A DNA stretch of 63,923 bases, filler included, from Choristocarpus tenellus KU-1152 (lineage: Eukaryota > Protista > Phaeophyceae): assembly GCA_964200185.2 (NCBI GenBank). It is 12 parts of 12 records of this genome, joined end to end, with 100 filler letters (N's around TTAATTAATTAA, not from the genome) between each part and the next. Parts side by side here need not be neighbours in the genome. Positions count along the whole stretch, not along the records: positions 20,846 to 24,890 come from CAXNAD020016504.1; positions 24,991 to 34,758 come from CAXNAD020003409.1; positions 34,859 to 39,832 come from CAXNAD020012310.1; 9 more parts are not named here. One strand, written 5' to 3'. Below are positions 24,511 to 36,849 of the stretch, piece by piece. Each line of letters starts with the position of its first letter. Within the stretch, counting starts at the first letter, position 1. The notes beneath the pieces are model-generated. The model was not told the origin of the DNA. It did not search any database and saw only the letters and a list, made by a program, of their open reading frames with translations. A program made the translations under genes and the position numbers.

Positions 24511-25397
24511 GGATTATGTCGTATGTCTTTCTTTTTCACTTTCCCCATGTTGTTTCATGTTCTTCGTACCTTCTATTTCCTTTTGTGTCTCTTGTTCTTT
24601 CCCCCGGATCCTTCGTAGTTCTGTGTTTCATTGTACATGAATCGCATGCTGGTGTTACTTGTCTTCACTACATTATTTTTGCCGTCTTTTCTTCTATTAC
24701 AGAATTTCCTATTGTTTGCATTTTTTGCATTTGTTATTTGCCTTGTGTTCCACATTCATTGATTGTACTATTATAATGTTAGTGGTATGAGATTTCATGA
24801 ATCCCTACGATACCTACTTGTGTGATGTCACTGTCAAGTTTGACACATGCCGGACCCACGCACTCGCTCCTGCCTTCTCTTCATTCAGGGNNNNNNNNNN
24901 NNNNNNNNNNNNNNNNNNNNNNNNNNNNNNNNNNTTAATTAATTAANNNNNNNNNNNNNNNNNNNNNNNNNNNNNNNNNNNNNNNNNNNNAACAACCCTT
25001 AAACCCCCCCCAAACAAGCACCTTTTTCGGGGAGCGGGAAATGGGAAAAAAACCCCCCAAGGGCCCCCCCCCCCCCCCCCCAGATACTTTGGCCCCAAGA
25101 TACTTGGAGATGACCAGGTCAGAGGTGAACTCCTTAGCTGCCACACTTGGCACTGCAGTGGAGAAGATGTCGAGGAGGATTGGAGTAAGGATCATTCTCC
25201 TTCCAAAGGCCCTGTCCAACATCAAACCAGTCTGTGCACTTACCACCATCCGTGTGAACACATGACCTCATACCATCATGGAGTGGAGGGATGAAATATA
25301 TCATCCTCTGAGGTATGCCAAATATGACCAGCAAAACCCAGAGAGAGAGACCACAGTCAAAAGAGTCATACTCGATCTGGAGGTCGACAAAGCACAT

Positions 25398-25570
25398 GGA
25401 CTAAAAAAGGATCTGGGGGGGGGGGGTGACGGCTGTCCATTTGGGACTCTTTTTTTCATTTTGCGATTTTGGGGTGATTTGTTTGCACACGTCAGATGGA
25501 AAATGTAAGTGTACTTTTCCTGGTTATGACCCAAATGTACACCCTGGTGTAGCCCATGATACTTTGAGCC
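25398..25570. mobile_element. MITE subfamily A with perfect 3-bp TSD CAT
   Basis: Removing it restores LINE RT ...HIPFFM|CFVDL... Confidence 0.9.
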
Positions 25571-26131
25571 CATGAAGAAGGGTATATGCCTTTTCTGGAT
25601 GAGCTCTTGGACACGTACAGTGCACATCATGTTCACAATGGAGTATCGACCCGGAAACCGCACTGTTCTTCATGAAGGGTGTTCTCCTGTTCCAGGTGAC
25701 CCCTCCAACAGAACTCTACCAACATATCCTACCAATGAGCTGTGTGGTCCATTTTCTTGTAGAGCACAGTGATGACCGTATCTTTTCAGACCTGTGGCAC
25801 GGTTTCCTGATTCCAGATTGCCAACACGATCATATGGAAACCCGGAGGACAGCCGCACCCTCCTGTAGGCCAAGCTTCAGGAGTTCAACTGGAAGATTGT
25901 TGAGAACCATAGTATTCCCATTTCCCTTTATCTGGAGAGCTTCAGCCTCTTCCATCATTGCTATCGCCCCGGCCTTCATGGCGCCCAGGTCGGTTTCCCA
26001 GAATTGGGTGATAAACACGGGTTGACTTAGCCGGACCCGTGAGGATTTTCTTTCAATTTTTTCTAGCTCAACTGGAAGATTGTTGGGACCCCTGGTCTTG
26101 CCATTTTCCATTATCCGGAGTGCTTCAGTCT

Positions 26132-26311
26132 GAATCAAAGTATCTTAGAGGGGGTGGTGGCTGTCCATTTGGGGCCAATTTTTTCATCTGGCGATTTCTT
26201 GGATATTTGATTGCATACGTCGGATGGATAATGCAAGTACACTTTTCCTGGTTATGACCCAAATGGACACCCTGGTGCAGACGCCCTCCCCCCCCCCCGA
26301 TACTTTGGGTC
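26132..26311. mobile_element. MITE subfamily A with perfect 3-bp TSD TCT
   Basis: TIRs GAATCAAAGTATCT / GATACTTTGGGTC. Removing it restores LINE MMEETEALRIMENGK. Confidence 0.9.
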
Positions 26312-28992
26312 TCTCTTCCATCATCGATGGAAGGAGTAGTGCGGACCACGGATGTGGGTTGTTAATCGAGGCCTTCATCACTTTGAGGGTTGAGGTCAAC
26401 CAACTTGTTATTGAGAAGACACTGCAAAATATCTCATGCACCCTTCCATGATGGATGCTTCCCCTAGGAGTAGCTATCCAGACTTGTCACGGATGTGCTG
26501 AGAGGCACTTTCTCTCTCTCTCTCTCTGGTTCTGTCGAAATTGAAGGCTTTCAGGTGTTGGTAGAAACCACCATGGTCCCCATGGTGAATATGGCCACCC
26601 GTCTTCCTGGTGTAGATGTCAAGAATTTCCTGCAAGACAGACAGCCTCAACCGTTTGAGCTGTTTGCCAGCCTTCTTCAACACCTTCTTGACAGTGGCAT
26701 TTTGGGGGTCTGTGAGCAGTTGCTTTCATCCCCTTTCCTGTTCCTCCCAGACTTCCAGGAGAATTGGTCACTTGCAAACCGCCTTTATGCAGCACCCTCT
26801 GCAGAGGTTGAAGGAGCATCCAAAAAATGGGCTATGTATGAAGGTGCCCACTGTCAATACTGACAAGTACATCAAAACTATATAACTGAGTGGGACTGAC
26901 TCTGCTTCTGTGAGGATTTTTCAGCGATCATGGAAGTCAGTTTAGACCTCAAGGGTGGTGTAGATATCAGGGCTCGTCAGTTAGAGTGTAGGTCCCTTGA
27001 CTCCTGGTCCCATCTTTCGGTTGGGAGCAAACCCATCAAGGAGACCGACTGATACCCAAAACATACCGCGATCCGATTCCGTTGTCAGGACTGAGTGCAC
27101 TCTCATGCTCCGAAGGAGGAGGCGGTCAGCCTGATGTGTACAAACATAATCAAAACGAAGATATCCCATTTTCCCTTGATGATCCAAGTACGTATGGGAA
27201 CACCCCTTGAGTACAGTGAAAAATGTGTTGACGAGTGCAAGCCTGTTCATCGCTGCAAACATCAACAGACGCTCACCATTATCATTCAACTCATCTCATC
27301 CATATTCCCCAAGAATCCGAATATTGTAATGATCCCCCCTTCCCTTACCTCAATTTATTGTGCGAGCATTCGCGGTCGTCCAAACAAAGAGCACACCCTC
27401 GGGAGGAGTCTGCTGCATCACAATGTTGAACTTCTCCCGTAAGGCATCCTTGACTGGCCTTAAGGTCTCTTCTGTTGGGAAATATCCCACGACAAAGGTA
27501 GATACTGTGGAACTGCCTGTCATCAGCACCAGGACCTTCATCATCCGTTCATTAAGATACCCTACTTCATGGGGGCCTGTAGTAGGATGGATTACCTCAC
27601 TGTCAAACCCACCCTATGTTTACCCTTTGATCTTCTCTCCTGCTTAGGAAAACCTTATTTATTTATGCTTGGGCTCAGACAGTCAAGGGAAGAAATCCCG
27701 TCTCTTCTTGTCTCTCGAAGCCCCAATCACATCGCGTCCGCAAGTCCAAGACCGTCACATCAAGACCGTGGCACGAACCACTCCGTTCTTGCCTTTCACG
27801 GTCACGGTTCGAACATTCCACATATTCACAGTCTGCTCTCTGCCCCGGGATTATCGGCATGGGTCAAAGTATCTGGAGGGGGGATGCCGGCGTTCGTTTT
27901 TGACGCTCATCTCTATCATTTAGGACCAATATTGGTGTAAGGAGGAGCGTATGTCATATATCCAGATACAGTTACATGTTGGATCGATATGATTGGTTTT
28001 CATGGAGTTCTGCTGAACCGAAAATCGATTGGTTGAGTCCATTTATTAGATATTTTTTTGTACAGTACCCTTTGCAATTGATAATGATACAAAGTCGTAG
28101 CTATTGCTACAAGCGAAGCAGTGGACGTTTGAATCTACAACTCTAAATGGATTTGTAACTACCGTCAGATACTCCCTCATTCCATGGCGTGACTTCAACC
28201 ATTTCGTAGACATTGCTGAGAGGATGGTTAGCCCAGAAGGTGTCTATCTGATTTTGTTGTTGTGTGGCAGGACCCTAATGTGTGATGCTTTCATTAGTTT
28301 TCAAGTCCTTGTCAGTCACTTTGAAGATCAAAGTCAGGTACAGACGTCAAGATCGGGTCAGGGGATTTCATTGATGACAAGATCGTACACTAATTCAAAG
28401 TATATAATAAAGAGGTGTGATGAACGTCATCCAAGACAGCTTAGTACATACGTACGCCCAATTCTTATACCCACTCAAGTCCAAATACGTGGGGATATAC
28501 CTACCCCCTTTCGACTTTCGAGCACTGTTCCTTCATCAATAAGGAATTTTCCATCTCATAGAAAGTAGTTTTGCCCATTCTGTATGCACTATCAAGGACT
28601 GCATATATATTTGTTGAGAATAGCTAATCTGCAGTAGGGACACCTAGTAGAGTTGTGAATAGGCATTTAGCTAGTATATATTGCTGCACTCAATCAATAT
28701 ATTATTTTACATATTTCGACAACAAATGAAACAAACACCATGCAGTACAAAATTAGTGTTAAGAAAGAAGGGATGTATCTGGTAATATCTTGTCAGTTAC
28801 CTCTTGCATACCTGGAGGTGCCTCCTTTTTAAACTTACAACAAAAATATGAACGCACAATGGCACTTTGCAGGAAACACAGTGAAGTTGGACTTGACATA
28901 CCACTTCTATGAAGGAATATGGACCAGAACGAGATGTAACACTCCTAAGAATTCCAAAGGGGGTTGGGTGGGGGGAGAATTGCATCATGAAG

Positions 28993-30006
28993 CTGTGTCC
29001 AAAGTCAATTGCCCCAGTATCTGTCATGTAGGCCTCTAAAAGGGACCGCACATGACAGGTAGACAGCACACGAACACAAGCAACAGGCCTGGGGAGGTAT
29101 TGTTGTTGTTATTGTTGGTGGTGAAAGGAAGCACGGGTGGGAATCATAAGAGCTCTGTGGTATGTTCAGGTGTTTCATAATAAATGTCAAAGTGGGCGAA
29201 GTTTGAATATGCAGAGCTCTGTGGCATGTCCAGGCAGTGTTGTGCGAATCAAAAGCATTTGTGAGCGTTATTGTTTCAATTGTATTGTTTTATAATTCCA
29301 ATATAAGAAATATCGTGTACATGCATTGAGTGCAAAAATGAAAAAAAATGAGGAATGCGAATCAGTGTGATTGCTTTCTTTTCTTTTGACATCTTTTTTT
29401 ACCCTTCACTTTTGGATTTCAATAAATTGCAATTCAAGTCGAATACATTAATTCACTTTTCTGTGGCTTGCTTTTGCTCAAGGCTGTGACATTGACCATG
29501 TCAAGCCTCAATCTGGATTTTTAAAAAATCAACATCATTGTACAAGTCTAAGAGAGTCCCCACCGAAACAGTATAATTTAATCATCAGTTATGATTATTT
29601 TTGCTATTATTAGTATTATATTTTTACTCCGATGATAAATGATGCGTGGGTTGGGTTGGAGCCAATTTTTCTCAGGTAGAAGAGAGGAAAACAAACCCCA
29701 AATGAATTTCTTTTGAAATGGCACACGGCTTTCTTGAGCTAAACTCAACGAGATCCCTCCACATGTACCTCTTTTTGTCATTCTAGAAATATTTGCAACT
29801 ACAATAAACATAGTACTTATAGTATGACTGGAGTTACTACATGAAATAAAGGGTCAAAATAATTAAGTTTTGGGTTATATCTGGGTTACGCGAACAACTT
29901 TGTGGTATTATTCTAGTTTGTTTTTGGGCACCTCTGTCATCATATCCACCGCATCCTTTGCATCATACGTGGTGAACTCCTCCTGCAGATCGATCTTGGC
30001 ACGTGC
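28993..30006 (-). pseudogene. MCM8: MCM8-like helicase C-terminal fragment (2 exons)
   Basis: Exon 30006-29932 ARAKIDLQEEFTTYDAKDAVDMMTE (AG/GT bounded), then 29045-28993 SLLEAYMTDTGAIDFG with acceptor decayed to CGG. Matches the MCM8 segment after the arginine finger. No other MCM exons in the contig. Confidence 0.55.
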
Positions 30007-30478
30007 CTGCATCATCTCTAAGGTTTAGGGCTAGGGTTTGAAGGGGCATCGGGGACCCAGACTCTACCCTTCTTGAACACTTACCAACTCTTCTGTCATC
30101 TCCCCATTGATTGATAGAACCACAACCTCAATATTTTTTTACTAGGTATGTCGCAGGTAGAAACTCAGAAAAGTCACCGTTTGTCATTCTGTTATCAAAA
30201 TGTGGGGGAAATCACACCGCAATATTTTTCAACTCTTGATGAAGACTTAGGACAAGAGAACTATGATGGGGAGTGAGGTATCAGTAAAGGTAAAGAAAAT
30301 GACACCTTCACCAACTTCGCCTTCATTATATTATAGAACCAAGAACACGCTTCCGATGTTTATATAAACCCTTTCAAGTCACCTCCAAATTTTCTTCATA
30401 ATACTACCACAAGAAAAGTGTGTATTTCTAGTGGGTATCGGTCGACTGGAACACTAGACCCCCCTCACAAAGATCTAA

Positions 30479-32486
30479 ATGAGGTTACTGACTCATAATG
30501 TTCTACGGTGTCCATTAAAGGGAGTTGAGAATGGCTACCCACTTCGGATCGAGGCTACAGATGTCCAGGCAAGTCGAGAATGGAGTGGATTTCATTGACC
30601 CTGTCACCGAGGGTGCACTGTTCTCCAATGCCCGAACAAGCCCTGAGGGAATCCCTAAATATCATTGGTCGTCGAAAATACTACGACATACTGCCGAAGC
30701 ATGGAGGTGTCGCCTCCGACACGATTGTTTTAGTATCTATGTCTTTCAAATAGGTACACTCTCTTCATTGCGTAACAACCCCATGATACAGATCGCCGGA
30801 GATAGTGCCTCGTTAAATCCTCCATGCGTCACCCCAAGATGTAGAAGTACCTGCTGCTATTCTCGTACAAGAACTATTTTCAGATTCGTTTGTGCGATTC
30901 GGAAATGCAAAGGAAACACTCAAACCAACGCAATTTGAGAAAATCCCATTATATTACATCGAAACTTGATATATTCGGCTCGACAACCCTGGAGTGCGGG
31001 GACAGATGCGTGATGCCATTTGCTGGAACAGTAGATCATCAAATCATTCCTATCTTGTTACGTTTCGCAACGGTATACAAACAAGCTTCACAAAGGTCGG
31101 GGCGCCCCATTGGCCCCAAGTGGGTTGCCAGTGCCTTCTTTTATAGAGCTAGGGTGAATCAGAGAGGAAGGGTACATACAAACTGTTAGAGGTGGCTCGT
31201 GGTATGGACCATCATATTAAGCGCCGATTTTGTAAGTGAGATGGCCAGTCTACGATTTTCATTGATGATTCCGTCGTGGGGTTGATACAAAACGTTTCCA
31301 GAACTAGAGGCAAATTGAACTTTTGTGTCTCCTTTCTGTCCAGGACAGAGCATACAATTGAGTGAAGAGTAGAATCTGATTCACAAGATCATGCTCAAGC
31401 TTTTCTTTACAATGGCATTGGTTGGATGTACCCATGCTTGTTGTATACTGGATGATATTCATTTCAGTCTCTTCGTTGCTGCACCTCTGATGGGCCGCTT
31501 TCATCAGGTTGAAGAATCTGAATTCAATGAGGTTTTCGTGAAGCACATTGCAAGCACACTCAACTGGGAGGCTCTGCGAAATGCTGCTGTAGAGGTGTGC
31601 AGTATCATGCCCTCTCCCCATCCCCTCCCTTGCTTCAAGTTGTCCCTAACCTTCCCTCCTTGCTTGCAGAATATCTCATCTCTATAGTATCTCTATAGTA
31701 CTATACTCTCATGCCATTGTCTACAGCCCTAAATCTAGAATATCTACCCGTATGCATGAAGACCAAACCTTACATTCCCCTTCCGCTACGGAGTCACAGC
31801 AGTAGTTTCCATTTTTGCAGGGTGTAGAGGATTAGACATGTAGCCTTGTTGTCATAGTCAATAGGTGCTACACCCTGGAATGTGGAAGCTTTAACCCTGA
31901 TAGGTTTTATCTTTCAGGATTTCTTATCCACCTGCCTTGTGTGTGTTGTATGTCCTTTTTTGGATGATCTGGCACAGGGCCTCTTCTCCATTCTGTGGGG
32001 TACTGATGTGTCACTGGTGTATGTTCTTTCAGGATGAGGCTACCGTTATTTTTGGAGTGTTGTTTGCCCCCCTATCTGTTTTGTTTACCATGAAAACACT
32101 CCCATTGTCCCGTGGGTTCACACTTACGTAGCCTGTCCCTTTGTTTCAGTTGTGATCATTATTGAATTAATTGTCTCGCTAGGGTTGTGAATTGCACAAG
32201 GTATTATTTACTGTCAACGTTTCTCATTTTCTATATTTGGTGTCTTCTCCTACAACTTCAAAGATTTTCAATCCCACCTGTATGTTTAAAAAAATGCCTG
32301 TGTAAGGTGGGTATGTCGATGGATTCCCTACCCGAGGCTCTAAGTCCTGCATTGCTAGAGGATGGCTCCTTCTTGCAAGCTCTCCACAGGGTGCTCATGG
32401 ATATGCATGTGGTGGAGGGGACATTGGTTTGCCCAGAGACGGGTAGGCGTTTTCCCATTTCACAGGGAATACCCAACCTAATGTGA
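30479..32486 (+). CDS. TRM112: Multifunctional methyltransferase subunit TRM112
   Basis: Exons 30479-30568 (MRLLTHNVLRCPLKGVENGYPLRIEA; GC donor), 31508-31594 (ESEFNEVFVKH...LNWEAL), 32307-32482/32486 (LHRVLMDMHVVEGTLVCPETGRRFPISQGIPNL). It may end at TGA 32486 or splice at GTGAGT to an unlocated tiny last exon. Confidence 0.93.
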
Positions 32487-33523
32487 GTCTTGTTTTGTGG
32501 AGCCTTCCCTTTTTTTATTTTCTGTTTTAGATTTTTCCATGGATACAAGAATGAACTTTTTTTAAATTGTTTCAGAGTGTGTTGCTGTCTCTTGCACACT
32601 GTAATTGAAGCATGCCTCCCACAGATTGGCCTCGATAACTTTGATGAGGTCGCATCTTGGTTTTAGTGCCATGGTATGCACGCCTCAACTGATTGAGGTC
32701 ATCCAATGAAGAAAAGCAAATGGTGATCTGTTGTTTTCCTATGGAATCAAGTCGACTCTGCTGGGTGACAAGCAACCAGCTCTCCAGATAACTTGAAAAA
32801 AAAGAAGGAATGTGCTCCCGTTTTGGTGTGAGTTTCTTTCGCAAATGAAAACCAAGTAGAAACGACTCTTGTATGGTTGTTTCGAACAGGTCGAGATGAG
32901 TGAGTGGAGTGCCTGCCAGCGTGTAAATTTTTCTTCTTTTTTTACCAACTCTGTAAAAAAAAAAATGAAAAAAAAATGGTCATGAATAGACTTGCGCCGT
33001 TGATGGAGTGTTACTGCGTGCTCAGTTTGAGGTAATCTCTCATGTTGGAGGCGAAAAAGCAGAACCTGCAGCCTACGTTGAGAATTGCGCTTGCTGAAGG
33101 ATTCGGCATATTTTCCTGCAAAAAAGATGTGCCGTGCCCTATGATGTTTAGATCAACAAGGCAGTGCTATGTCGATATTCAAGACCACCTCCCCAGCATC
33201 CTCTCCTTCTGTGGCAAATTTTTGCGATTTTCTGTGAGCATGTTATCGACCTATTAAACTCATTTTTGAGATAAGAATCCCTGACCAAAAAAAAATGACA
33301 CGGTTTTATAGCTACCTCAATCAGCACAGAACTCAGGTTCATACATGCTGTTGTACTGAATAGGGTTAGGGTTAGCTATGTGTGCCAGTGTGTGTCGCAT
33401 GTACTCTGCCCCGCACAGACTTGTTTACTGAAGACTTCAATCTCTAAGTACAGTACCTGACCTGCGGGGGTACTAGTACTGTCTCTATTGAACTAAATGA
33501 ATATTGTCTCGTGCATCCTTGTC

Positions 33524-33706
33524 TTGTACATGTAGGTGGTCATGGTTATCTCTTTGAAGTAGGTAACATGTTTGTATGGAATTGTGTACATGTAGGTGGT
33601 CATGGTTATCTCTTTGAAGTAGGCACATGTTTGTATGTATGTATGTTTGTATGTTTGTATGTTTGTATGTATGTTTGTATGTTTGTATGTATGTATGTTT
33701 GTATGG
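33524..33706. repeat. ~60-bp tandem duplication plus (GTAT/GTTT)n microsatellite
   Basis: gtacatgtaggtggtcatggttatctctttgaagtagg occurs twice, then tetramer repeats. Confidence 0.85.
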
Positions 33707-34260
33707 AATTGTGTCGAAGAAGGGAATGAGAGGCAGAGAGCTTGACTTGAAAAGGCATCATGCACACCAGAAGAGGGATGAATTGCAGGTCCTGCTATTG
33801 GTAGGAGTGTAGCTGTATGGGTCGTTGTATCCAATACCCGTACCCTTCCCTTTAGAATTCACCTGTAGTTCAAGCATACACCCAATTGATGGGACCAGAA
33901 GGCTTTTCCAATTGTTGCCTGTGTGTTCCTTCTACAATAGGTTGCATAGGTGAAATGTCGTCACCAGTCAGCTTACTCAGCCAAACACCCAGCCTCAGGG
34001 ATGTGTCTTAGGTCATTTTCTATCGCTAGAAGGAAGCGTGCAGATGTTAGAAGGAGTCACAAGAGTTGACACCTTGGAAACTTCACACTCGCCTGACATA
34101 TCTCAACGTGTTAGGGTTAGGGTTATAGGGTTAGTCTCGAGAAAGTATCATCTGATCAATTTACATCGCAGAACAAATTGCCCTCCAAGTGTTCTCGGTA
34201 CAATGGGTTTAATAATTAATAATGAGTGAGTTCAACAGATGTGCAATTATTCCTCACCGG

Positions 34261-34758
34261 ATTGTTTGTTCATTGTTTGTTCATTGTTTGTTCATTGTTT
34301 GTTCATTGTTTGTTCATTGTTTGTTCATTGTTTATTCATTGTTTGTTCATTGTTTATTCGTTGTTTCTTCATTGTTTCTTCATTGTTTGTTCATTGTTTG
34401 TTCATTGTTTGTTCATTGTTTGTTCATTGTTTGTTCATTGTTTATTCATTGTTTGTTCATTGTTTATTCGTTGTTTCTTCATTGTTTCTTCATTGTTTCT
34501 TCATTGTTTCTTCATTGTTTCTTCATTGTTTGTTCATTGTTTGTTCATTGTTTGTTCATTGTTTGTTCATTGTTTATTCATTGTTTGTTCATTGTTTATT
34601 CGTTGTTTGTTCATTGTTTATTCATTGTTTGTTCATTGTTTGTTCATTGTTTGTTCATTGTTTGTTCATTGTTTGTTCATTGTTTATTCATTGTTTGTTC
34701 ATTGTTTATTCGTTGTTTGTTCATTGTTTATTCATTGTTTGTTCATTGTTTGTTCATT
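34261..34758. repeat. 11-bp minisatellite (ATTGTTTGTTC)n running into the contig end
   Basis: About 45 tandem copies with variants ATTGTTTATTC and ATTGTTTCTTC. Confidence 0.95.
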
Positions 34759-34858
34759 NNNNNNNNNNNNNNNNNNNNNNNNNNNNNNNNNNNNNNNNNN
34801 NNTTAATTAATTAANNNNNNNNNNNNNNNNNNNNNNNNNNNNNNNNNNNNNNNNNNNN

Positions 34859-36480
34859 GGTGGACGTCGGCAGGCATGGGAGGCTAAGGCTGCCTGGAGA
34901 CTGGGGGTGGGACTGAAGGCAGTAGGAATTCAGGCGATGGGGGTGAGCAAGGCAGGAGAAGCTACAGGGGCCGGGCCTTGGCTCTTGTCAGGGCAGGGGG
35001 GACTGGTGGGGAGGGATTCCAAGCCCCCCCAAGCAGGCATTATGGGTGAAGAGGGAGAGTTTGAAGAGGATTCAGGGACTGTGGCTTGTGAAGTGGAGGT
35101 GGAAGTGGATGGGTTTTTGCCCCCCTCAGTCTCTGCCTATCTGCCAAGGGCAATGAGACGTCTGGTGGTGTTGGTGCTGAGGTCTGTGCTGACCACTGTG
35201 GTAAATTATATCCTACCTCGCTTCCTCTCGGTGAGTTCAATGCATTGCACTAGAGTTTTGGGTTGTAATATGACCCCTTTTCCACCGCCCCTCCTCCATG
35301 CTTGTCTCTCTCCCTCACTTTCCTCTTTTTATTCACTGGTAGGCTGCAGTTCTGCTGTGTAGTGATTGGAACATGTAGGGGGGTTTTTGTACTGGAAAGT
35401 TTGAGATCCACTAATGTTCTTGTGGTGTACAAAGCATCATTGCGATGACCTCCCTGGGCCTCCTTGTGCAGCATTGGTAATACAGGAATATGTAATTTAG
35501 CAACAAGTCTCGTGAGATGTGTATGAGAAGTATCGGTAGCAGTATTAAGCCGGTTGGCATTTGAGTTGGGCGTCGATGATGCACTTTGAGAGCAGCCTTC
35601 AGGCTGAGTTCGACTGGAAATGTGCTCAATTGCTCCCTCCCCTCTCTGTATTGCACACCGACCTACACTACCTCATTTGTTCTAGCTGCTGGTTGAGGAC
35701 TACACCAAATGGAAAGATGAGAGTCTCAATCCCAAACTAGGGAACAACACTTCAATCAACCCCCACGTCCAGGCCCACGTTGACAATACCGAGCAAGAAG
35801 CAGGTGGGCAAGATACAGAAGTCATCAATGCTGAGACCACAGTGGGAGTCATAGGGCGGGTGAGAAGAGAGGTTGCGAGGAGAGCACCGTGGCACTCAGA
35901 GCATGGTGAAGAGGAGAGTGGAACTGTCACAGCGGCAACGGCAGGGGAGGCAAAGGAAGATCAGGACAATGAGAATGAATCAGAGCAGGGTGGGAGTCAT
36001 GGTTATGGTGGGAAGAGTGTGGCACTAGAAATGGGACGAAAAAAAGGAAGGCTCAACAGCTGGAGGAGGGTCCAGTCCTGGCAGAGGGAGAGGTTTGAGG
36101 GGAAGGGCGTGCGGCGTTGGAGGAGTGGTGATATGAAGAGTCGAAGAATCAACCAGTGGGTTGGGGCAAGGGCAGTGGTGTGGGGAAGGGGGGGGGTGAG
36201 GCGCTGGCAGAGAGCTGTGGGCAGGGGGAGAGATGAGAGGTTTGTGAGTGATGACAGCAGGGGGGTGAGGGGGGAGGCTGTGATTTCAAACTCGATGATA
36301 AAAGGGGAAGGTGGGGAGGATGTTGAGACAGGGGAGGGGGCTGACGGACGCTCAACTGTAGAGGTAGAAGAGGGGGTTGTGGAAGAAGATGGTGATGGGG
36401 GCAATGACAGTGTGCCTCTGACAGAACCTCGTAGAAGGTGGAGGAAACCCGAGGGGATACCTATTAACTGGTGGGGGTAA
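34859..36480 (+). CDS. DUF1997-family protein, 3' part with long low-complexity tail
   Basis: Exon to 35230 (VEVEVDGFLPP...YLPRAMRRLVVLVLRSVLTTVVNYILPRFLS) spliced to 35686-36480 (LLVEDYTKW...stop). PRFL-LL-EDY--W is the DUF1997 C-terminal signature. Confidence 0.7.
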
Positions 36481-36849
36481 GAGTGTGCACGATTGTGTGT
36501 TGTTTGGAAGGGATGTGAATGAGCTCTTTCTTGTCTGGAAGGCTCCCTGTGTGCCTTCTCTTGTTTCTAATTCATCTGGATGTAGATATAGAACCTTATG
36601 GTGCACCTCTTTTAAAGTATGTTTTTGCCATAGGTTTGCTTGGGACTCTTGGTTCTTTGTTAGTAGGGGTGTGAGAACCTCTGTGGATACTCATAAACTC
36701 CCCTGTTATTATTGTTCAAGTCATTGACATTGTGGATGTAGCATCTTGACCAATTAAACTCGAAGGTTTGGTGGTAACCGTTTGTTGTCATTCCTGCTAC
36801 CGATCTCCATGAAAATGCATCCAGTCAAGCACAAATTTCCAAGATGCAC

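Larger units (their letters stand above)
25096..27860 (-). mobile_element. Degenerate RTE-clade LINE (APE endonuclease plus RT), 3' truncated by the contig end
   Basis: NDNGERLLMFAAMNRLALVNTFF (endonuclease), GPNNLPVELLKLGL, TVRVQELIQKRHIPFFMCFVDLQIEYDS...LHDGMRSCV...WFDVGQGL (RT). Contains two MITE insertions and an internal duplication. Confidence 0.85.

Noticed and set aside
34222-34814. Three ~190-aa LFVHC/IVCS ORFs
   Set aside because: Translation of an 11-bp minisatellite, open in all three frames by chance.
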